From positions 784-64,783 of the forward strand of contig JANTFI010000003.1 in the NCBI GenBank assembly GCA_024763505.1: a stretch of DNA of 64,000 nucleotides, read 5' to 3'. The translations under genes and the position numbers were made by a program. Below, in pieces: positions 57,939 through 64,000 of the stretch; within the stretch, counting starts at the first letter, position 1; the number at the start of each line of letters is the position of its first letter. Under the pieces are notes generated by a model. The model made no database searches and was not told the origin of the DNA. It worked only from the letters and a program-made list of their open reading frames with translations. This stretch comes from Gammaproteobacteria bacterium (GTDB taxonomy: Bacteria > Pseudomonadota > Gammaproteobacteria > GCA-001735895).

Positions 57939-58907
57939 TTACAACCGGAGCAAGGCAGAACCCCAGGTAAAACCACCGCCGAAAGCTTCCAGCAGCAGCA
58001 TATCGCCCTGATGGATACGTCCGTCTCGCACCGCTGTATCGAGCGCTAGTGGAACCGAAGCTGCAGAAGTATTGCCATGATCTTGCACTGTGACCACAAC
58101 ACGCTCCAGCGGCATTTTCAGCTTGCGCGCAGTAGCATGTATGATGCGAATATTAGCCTGATGCGGTACCAGCCAATCGATGTCGGATTTATCCAGTTGA
58201 TTGGCTTGCAAGGTTTCATCAACAATACCTCCAAGTGTATTGACTGCCATCTTGAATACTTCATTACCTCGCATTTCTATCTTGCTATTGACTTCATCCA
58301 TCGCTTCAAAACCCTGAGAAACTCCGTAGGGAACGCGCAGCAACCCTTCATAATCGCCATCAGCATGCAAGTGGGTGGAAATGATACCGGTTTCCTCACT
58401 GGCTTCGAGAATAACCGCTCCTGCACCATCGCCAAACAGCACACAGGTGGTGCGGTCTTTCCAGTTAAGCAGCCGAGACAAGGTTTCGGCTCCGACCACC
58501 AATGCTTTTTTGGCGCTACCGGTTTTGATGAATTTCTCGGCAATACCGAGCGCGTATACAAAGCCGGTACAAACCGCCTGAACATCAAACGCGGCACAGC
58601 CATGGATATCGAGGCGAGACTGTAACAGACAGGCGGTACTCGGGAAGATGCGATCAGGCGTGGTGGTGGCTACAATTATCAGATCAATGTCCTGAGCATT
58701 GATACCGGCCATTTCAATGGCGTGTCGGCTGGCTCGTTCGGCCAGATCACAGGTGGTTTGCCCTTCAATCGCCACATGACGTTTTTCGATGCCGGTACGG
58801 GTGCGAATCCAGTCATCGCTGGTGTCGACAATTTTTTCCAGATCGAAATTGGTTAATACCTTTTCCGGTAGATAGCTGCCGGTTCCAATGATTCGGGCGT
58901 ATGTCAT
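57939..58907 (-). CDS. fabH: 3-oxoacyl-ACP synthase III
   Basis: 322 aa with [40 protein letters not shown], an active-site Cys in [16 protein letters not shown], and HQANIRI...GNTSAAS. Confidence 0.9.
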   Translation of the reverse strand: MTYARIIGTGSYLPEKVLTNFDLEKIVDTSDDWIRTRTGIEKRHVAIEGQTTCDLAERASRHAIEMAGINAQDIDLIIVATTTPDRIFPSTACLLQSRLDIHGCAAFDVQAVCTGFVYALGIAEKFIKTGSAKKALVVGAETLSRLLNWKDRTTCVLFGDGAGAVILEASEETGIISTHLHADGDYEGLLRVPYGVSQGFEAMDEVNSKIEMRGNEVFKMAVNTLGGIVDETLQANQLDKSDIDWLVPHQANIRIIHATARKLKMPLERVVVTVQDHGNTSAASVPLALDTAVRDGRIHQGDMLLLEAFGGGFTWGSALLRL

Positions 58908-59935
58908 GCAATCTGTTCCTCTGCGGGGGGTAGATATTGTTCGATTTCCTGGCTGATGCGAGCCGGAACCGATTGGTCAATTTCCAGCATGGCGATCTTG
59001 ATGGCATTGAAAAACGCATCCACATCCGCACCGCCATGGCTTTTGATGACGATGCCATTCAGCCCCAGTAGGCTGGCGCCATTGTATTTGCGCGGATCAA
59101 GTGTTTGCCGCACCCGGTTGAGTACCGGCAAGGCCAGCAATGCCGCCAGTTTACTCAACCAGCTTTTGCGAAATTCCTGCTTCAGTACACCATTCACCAT
59201 TGCGGCCACGCCTTCTGCGGTTTTCAATGAAACGTTGCCGACAAAACCGTCCGACACTACGACATCGACCTTACCGGTGTATATATCATCCCCTTCTATA
59301 AAGCCTACATAATTAAGACTGGTTTTTTCCAGCATTTGACTGGCGGCCTTGACGGTTTCATTGCCTTTCATCGCTTCTGAACCAATGTTCAGCAACCCGA
59401 TACTCGGCGCCGGATTGTTATCCACCGACTGAGACAAGACCGATCCCATGATGGCAAATTGCAGTAAATGCTCCGCACTGCAATCGATATTGGCACCGAG
59501 GTCGAGCATATGACTATGTCCGTTGATCGTGGGTAAGGCAGTACAGATCGCCGGACGATTGATTCCGGGAATGGTCTTGAGGACGAATTTGGCGGTTGCC
59601 ATCAATGCGCCGGTATTGCCTGCACTGACGCAGGCCGCTGCATCACCCTGCTTCACCAGATTGATCGCAACGCGCATGGAAGAATCTTTTTTCTTTTTCA
59701 GCGCAATCGCCGGGGCTTCATCCATCGTTACGACTTCGGAGGCATGATGAACCCGGATGCGCGGTTCACCGGTTAAGCCGATTTGCTCGAGTTGTGACTG
59801 CAAAACCGCTTGCTGGCCCACCAGAATCAATTCAATGTCGGAGGAAAAACGAATCGCCATTCGTGCCGCCTGTACAGTCACTTCCGGGCCGTGATCCCCA
59901 CCCATCGCATCAATCGCTATTATTTTCAGTGTCAT
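58904..59935 (-). CDS. plsX: phosphate acyltransferase PlsX
   Basis: 343 aa with [12 protein letters not shown], in the conserved plsX-fabH order. Confidence 0.9.
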   Translation of the reverse strand: MTLKIIAIDAMGGDHGPEVTVQAARMAIRFSSDIELILVGQQAVLQSQLEQIGLTGEPRIRVHHASEVVTMDEAPAIALKKKKDSSMRVAINLVKQGDAAACVSAGNTGALMATAKFVLKTIPGINRPAICTALPTINGHSHMLDLGANIDCSAEHLLQFAIMGSVLSQSVDNNPAPSIGLLNIGSEAMKGNETVKAASQMLEKTSLNYVGFIEGDDIYTGKVDVVVSDGFVGNVSLKTAEGVAAMVNGVLKQEFRKSWLSKLAALLALPVLNRVRQTLDPRKYNGASLLGLNGIVIKSHGGADVDAFFNAIKIAMLEIDQSVPARISQEIEQYLPPAEEQIA

Positions 59936-60063
59936 TATTTTTAGTTCGGAAACGAATACGGACGGATAAATCCGCCCGTATTCAGTGCTGCAAATGGTTG
60001 GATGGGTTCATGATGATGCCGGCACGACGGAGTATGCCCGGTTGCTGAACCCTGCCGTTTGAT

Positions 60064-60258
60064 TTACTCGTCGTCTTCGAATTCGACCTTTTCTTCGATC
60101 ACTTGACGGCCACGGTAGAAACCATCGGCACTGATGTGATGACGACGATGCACTTCGCCAGTGGTCGGTTCAACAGACAGGGTCGGACCGGACAAGGCAT
60201 CGTGAGAGCGTCGCATGCCGCGACGTGAAGGGGTTTTACGGTTTTGTTGAACAGCCAT
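60064..60258 (-). CDS. rpmF: 50S ribosomal protein L32
   Basis: [22 protein letters not shown]...[17 protein letters not shown], with a short acidic C-terminal tail. Confidence 0.85.
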   Translation of the reverse strand: MAVQQNRKTPSRRGMRRSHDALSGPTLSVEPTTGEVHRRHHISADGFYRGRQVIEEKVEFEDDE

Positions 60259-60313
60259 GCTAATCTCCAGAAAAAATATTCAATACTCAATTCAAAATCA
60301 AAAAGACGGATTT

Positions 60314-60832
60314 TCATCCGCCTTCAGTGGGTTTTCCTTTCAGTGTTGCAAGCACTGCAAAAGGGTTATTTCTGCCCTCGTCGGGCTCAGGCAATGAATC
60401 CGGCTGCCAGTGTTGATGGCAACTGACATCTTCGTGCATGGATATCAGCGGCAGCGCCAGTATCAATTCATCTTCGACCACTTCCAGCACATCCAGATAA
60501 CCATCATCGGTCCACACCGTATCGGTTTGAAACGATTGCACATCGTCATCACTGGCATCAATCAACAGGTCAAAATCAAAATCCAGAGATTGCGACATGG
60601 GTTTCAGACAACGCTGACACTCCAGTTGCAACCGGGTTTCAATATGACCCCGAATGGACGGATGCTGATACCGGTTTTCCGTGAATTCAAAACGAACCCG
60701 GATCTCGGCATCGTCTTTGACTACCAGCGTGCTTAAGCGCGGTAACTGCGGTAAGGAAAATTCCCCCGCAAATTCACTGTTTTGACCGAGTTCTCTTGCA
60801 ACCCGGTAACGCTGTTGTAGCTTGCCTTGCAT
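60314..60832 (-). CDS. yceD: YceD/DUF177 family protein (23S rRNA accumulation protein)
   Basis: 172 aa with the C-x2-C...C-x2-C-like pattern of YceD, immediately upstream of rpmF. Confidence 0.75.
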   Translation of the reverse strand: MQGKLQQRYRVARELGQNSEFAGEFSLPQLPRLSTLVVKDDAEIRVRFEFTENRYQHPSIRGHIETRLQLECQRCLKPMSQSLDFDFDLLIDASDDDVQSFQTDTVWTDDGYLDVLEVVEDELILALPLISMHEDVSCHQHWQPDSLPEPDEGRNNPFAVLATLKGKPTEGG

Positions 60833-60960
60833 AAACGCGCGATTTTAACTGTATTGAGCCATTGCTGTCTATGCTTAAACCAGTGAACCCTAAGATAATT
60901 CATGCCAAATAACAGTATTTTAGAATATACTTACGAGAATTCGCATTTATACAAAGAAAC

Positions 60961-61545
60961 ATGTCTGAAACTCCATTGATTCTGGCTTCGAGCTCGCCCT
61001 TTCGCCAACAACTCTTGTCTCGCCTCCAAATACCATTCGAAACACAGTCACCCGACATCGATGAAACGATATTGCCAAGCGAATCCGCCCGAGACCATGT
61101 GTTGCGACTTTCCCGCTTGAAAGCAGCTGAAATTGCCAGCCAGCACCCCGATGCCATAATTATCGGTTCGGATCAGTGCGCGTTTCTAAACGACCGGATT
61201 CTGGGCAAGCCTGGTGATCATGAACATGCCAGACAACAGTTGACAGAAGCCAGCGGTCAGGAAGTGGTTTTTTATACTGGCCTTTGTGTCATGCAAGAAT
61301 CGAGCGGGTTTTGCGAACAAGACTGTGCCGAATACCGGGTCGGGTTTCGCTCGCTCAGTGATGCGCAAATCGAACATTACCTGCAGGTGGAACAACCCTA
61401 TCAATGTGCCGGCAGTTTCAAATCGGAAGGCTATGGCATCAGCCTGTTCAGTCACATGACCGGTGACGATCCGACTTCGATTATCGGCTTACCGCTGATC
61501 CGGTTGGTAGGCATGCTCGAATCCGCAGGTATACGGGTGGTATAA
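60961..61545 (+). CDS. yceF: Maf-like nucleoside triphosphate pyrophosphatase (YceF/Maf family)
   Basis: 194 aa. LILASSSPFRQQLLSRLQIPFE...DIDE...IIGSDQ...KP is the Maf/Ham1 signature. Divergent from yceD as in the E. coli yceF-yceD-rpmF-plsX-fabH locus. This is unrelated to the flagellar Maf above. Confidence 0.85.
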   Translation: MSETPLILASSSPFRQQLLSRLQIPFETQSPDIDETILPSESARDHVLRLSRLKAAEIASQHPDAIIIGSDQCAFLNDRILGKPGDHEHARQQLTEASGQEVVFYTGLCVMQESSGFCEQDCAEYRVGFRSLSDAQIEHYLQVEQPYQCAGSFKSEGYGISLFSHMTGDDPTSIIGLPLIRLVGMLESAGIRVV

Positions 61546-61558
61546 AATTTAGCCCGTC

Positions 61559-62764
61559 TTAGAAATCCTGCATCACTTGATCTGCCCAGCGCACCGCTTG
61601 CAAATAAATTTCGGACAATTCTTCGAGCCCCAGTCCTTCAAACTGCAACACGCTGAAATCATTGCGCTCCAGCGACAAGACACAACTCAACGCCTGACCA
61701 TAAACCCCTTGTTGCTTCAGCAGGGCTTGCACGGTTTCTTCGCTCAACGGTAATTCCTCGAGCAAATCGGCCAGCGGTTGATCGAGCATAGCATCGAGAG
61801 AAGAAAACAGCCCGACCGTAAAGAACCCGTCCGGTTTGGGTAATTTGACTGCCCGCGCCAGCAACTCGCAACTCTTGGCGCGCACCATCGCGGTAGTACT
61901 CAACTCGGCTGGTTTTTGCGAACCGGTAGCCAACGCCAGAATGGTTACCCAGTTTTTGATGGTCGACATGCCCAGCAACACGACCGCCTGCTGAATCGAA
62001 TCGACCCGGGTACGCAAACCGCTAACCGGTGAATTGATAAATTTCAGTACCTTGTGGCTGAGCGAAACATCGCTGCTGATTATTTCGCTCAATTCATCGA
62101 CTTCAACTTCGGGATCATTGATGCGGGCGACCAGTTGCAGTACCGCCAGTTGATTTGCGGTAATGGCCTTGCCGCTGACTATTTTCGGGCGGGCAAAGAA
62201 GTACCCCTGAAAATAATCAAAGCCGAGCGATTTGAGAAATTCGAATTCGTCGTAATCTTCAACCTTTTCAGCCAGCAATTTGACAGACCGGGGCTTCAGG
62301 GTATCGACATGCTGACGTATCGCTTCGGCATCAATCGCCCGAACATCGATCTTGATAATATCGGCCAGATCAATAAAGGGGTCAAAGCGATTGTCATAGA
62401 TAAAATCGTCCAGCGCGATCGTATGGCCGGCTGCCTTGAGCCTTTTCAGGGTGTTAATAATACTTTCCGTCGGCTCGATATCTTCCAGCACTTCAAGCAC
62501 CAGTTGCTCGGGTGGAATGGCTGATAGCAGGCCATCGCTGGCCAGAAAGGTGCGGGTAAGATTGATGAAGGCCAGGTGTTGCCCGACCAACTGATCCAGC
62601 CCGATTTCAACCAGACCGTTGAGTAATACCCGCGAAGTCGCGCTGTCACCATCGACTACATCGGCCGAGCCGGTATCTTCCCCACTGCGAAAAAGCAATT
62701 CGTACGCAAACACATCCATGGTTTGCGTGAAAATTGGTTGTCTGGCTACAAAAATCTGTTGCAT
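61559..62764 (-). CDS. EAL-domain plus HDOD-domain signalling protein (putative c-di-GMP phosphodiesterase)
   Basis: 401 aa. The N-terminal EAL domain carries QPIFTQ...VFAYELLFR and ...ALDDFIY.... The C-terminal HDOD-like region has LLGMSTIKNWVTILAL. Confidence 0.7.
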   Translation of the reverse strand: MQQIFVARQPIFTQTMDVFAYELLFRSGEDTGSADVVDGDSATSRVLLNGLVEIGLDQLVGQHLAFINLTRTFLASDGLLSAIPPEQLVLEVLEDIEPTESIINTLKRLKAAGHTIALDDFIYDNRFDPFIDLADIIKIDVRAIDAEAIRQHVDTLKPRSVKLLAEKVEDYDEFEFLKSLGFDYFQGYFFARPKIVSGKAITANQLAVLQLVARINDPEVEVDELSEIISSDVSLSHKVLKFINSPVSGLRTRVDSIQQAVVLLGMSTIKNWVTILALATGSQKPAELSTTAMVRAKSCELLARAVKLPKPDGFFTVGLFSSLDAMLDQPLADLLEELPLSEETVQALLKQQGVYGQALSCVLSLERNDFSVLQFEGLGLEELSEIYLQAVRWADQVMQDF

Positions 62765-62827
62765 TGCTGTTCGCCCATTCCTGTTATCACAGTGGTGAGT
62801 GTAGCAATGAATTCAAATTTTGGAGCC

Positions 62828-63838
62828 TTATCTGATAGATAACCCGCTGAGCAATCGGGTATCGACAGCCTGGCCGAAAGCGGCCCCCATTCGTTCAGCC
62901 AGACGATCGAGCAGAATTTCTTTCTCGGTATAATCAACGACATCCTCTTGCTCGACGATTTCACGGGCGACATATGCGGTACTGCCATAGTCGTCTGCCA
63001 GACCAAGACGGATGGCATCTTCCCCACTCCAGATCATGCCGCTAAATAGCAACGGGTCCTCTTTCAAACGATCTCCTCGCCCCTGTTTCACGGCATCGAT
63101 AAAATGCTGGTGAACCTGGTCCAGCATTTGCTGCAGCATTTGTTTTTCATCGGCTTTTTCCGGCAAGAAGGGGTCGAGCAAGGCTTTATGTTCACCGGCC
63201 GTCAGCAGACGTCGCTCGATGCCGAGATTCTTGATCAAATCGACCGCGCCGAAGCTATCCATGCGAACCCCGATCGAACCCACCAGACTGGATTTGTTGA
63301 CAAAAATCCTGTCGGCCGCAGCGGCTACAAAATACCCGCCGGAGGCCGCCATATCGGAAACCACAACATATAAAGGTATGTCTTCATGCTCGGCTCGCAG
63401 GCGTTTCATTTCGTCATAGATATCGGCCGACTGCACCGGAGAACCTCCTGGCGAATTGATTTCGAGCACGACCGCGGCGGTGTTCTTGTCGTCGAACGCG
63501 GACTGCAGGCCATGAATCACGCTTTTGGCGCTGGCCTTTTCACCGCTGGCGATCAACCCGGTCAGTTTCACGACTGCTGTATGCTTTTTACTGCCACTGA
63601 GAGTTTCCTTGTAGAGCACATCGATTCCGTTCATATCCAGTGTCAACAGAAATAATGGTGTCAGATAGATAAAGGTCAACAAGATAAAAAAGATACGCCA
63701 GCGTCGGCTGCGCCGCTGTTCATTGACTGCGGCAAATGCCAGCCGCTGCACCATGGCTTCGTAATCCTTGTGCGCCGATGCCTCGACCGGCTGGGTGATA
63801 TTCACGGCATCGTCATCTTGGCTCGATTTCTGATTCAT
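62828..63838 (-). CDS. sppA: signal peptide peptidase SppA (S49 family, 36-kDa type)
   Basis: 336 aa with an N-terminal TM helix, a ClpP/crotonase-like fold, and the catalytic Ser region (SDMAASGGYFVAAAADRI). Confidence 0.8.
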   Translation of the reverse strand: MNQKSSQDDDAVNITQPVEASAHKDYEAMVQRLAFAAVNEQRRSRRWRIFFILLTFIYLTPLFLLTLDMNGIDVLYKETLSGSKKHTAVVKLTGLIASGEKASAKSVIHGLQSAFDDKNTAAVVLEINSPGGSPVQSADIYDEMKRLRAEHEDIPLYVVVSDMAASGGYFVAAAADRIFVNKSSLVGSIGVRMDSFGAVDLIKNLGIERRLLTAGEHKALLDPFLPEKADEKQMLQQMLDQVHQHFIDAVKQGRGDRLKEDPLLFSGMIWSGEDAIRLGLADDYGSTAYVAREIVEQEDVVDYTEKEILLDRLAERMGAAFGQAVDTRLLSGLSIR

Positions 63839-63841
63839 GCG

Positions 63842-64000
63842 TTGCTCCTGCTTATACGAATTGGGTCAGTTGGGTTATGGTGTCGATAAAATGGGTCGGC
63901 TTGCTGTCTTGCAGATGCGCCTTGTCATGCATGCCGTAGGTCACCGCCACGCTGTCCATTTTCATGTTATGCGCCATTTCCAGATCATAACTGGTGTCAC
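63842..64000 (-). CDS. C-terminal fragment of an unidentified protein, possibly a HAD-family hydrolase; the gene starts beyond the window end
   Basis: Minus-strand translation gives ...DLEMAHNMKMDSVAVTYGMHDKAHLQDSKPTHFIDTITQLTQFV*, ending 3 nt before sppA. The family assignment is weak. Confidence 0.25.

Noticed and set aside
1-64000. CRISPR arrays, transposases, integrases or prophage genes, including next to the tRNA-Leu/Cys/Gly cluster
   Set aside because: No direct-repeat arrays were visible in any intergenic region. No ORF had transposase or integrase motifs. The tRNA cluster sits in the conserved uvrY-uvrC-pgsA context, not at an island boundary.

Overview
The window is about 64 kb from a sulfur-oxidising gammaproteobacterium. 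This call rests on Chromatiales/Thiotrichales-like Dsr proteins and a Pseudomonas/Vibrio-style polar-flagellum regulon. Gene order from left to right: nagZ' (partial) and ispF; ppc; an MFS-like transporter; the flagellar regulators fleQ and fleS/fleR (all three on the minus strand); the late flagellar genes fliT-like, fliS, fliD, flaG and fliC (flagellin, with a sigma28-type promoter and an intrinsic terminator); a roughly 10.5 kb flagellin-glycosylation island; flgJ-flgK-flgL; an S9 peptidase; a five-gene minus-strand accessory cluster divergent from dsrA; and a complete reverse-DSR locus dsrABEFHCMKLJOPNR, with a GAF histidine kinase and NarL-type regulator translationally coupled to its 3' end. 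After that come an LtrA-like membrane protein, an ETHE1-like persulfide dioxygenase, tRNA-Leu/Cys/Gly, pgsA-uvrC-uvrY, a CYTH protein, fabH-plsX-rpmF-yceD, maf/yceF, an EAL-HDOD protein, sppA and a 3' gene fragment. The glycosylation island encodes a Maf/DUF115-like protein, a pyruvyl transferase, a CMP-nonulosonate synthetase, a WbuX/PseA-HisH-HisF amidotransferase trio, NeuC- and NeuB-family enzymes, and a TPR-sulfotransferase. The accessory cluster encodes a TauD-like dioxygenase, two small ORFs, an orphan Cas6-like RAMP protein and a DsrC/TusE paralog. No CRISPR array, transposase or integrase was seen. Many long antisense ORFs inside GC-rich genes were judged spurious.
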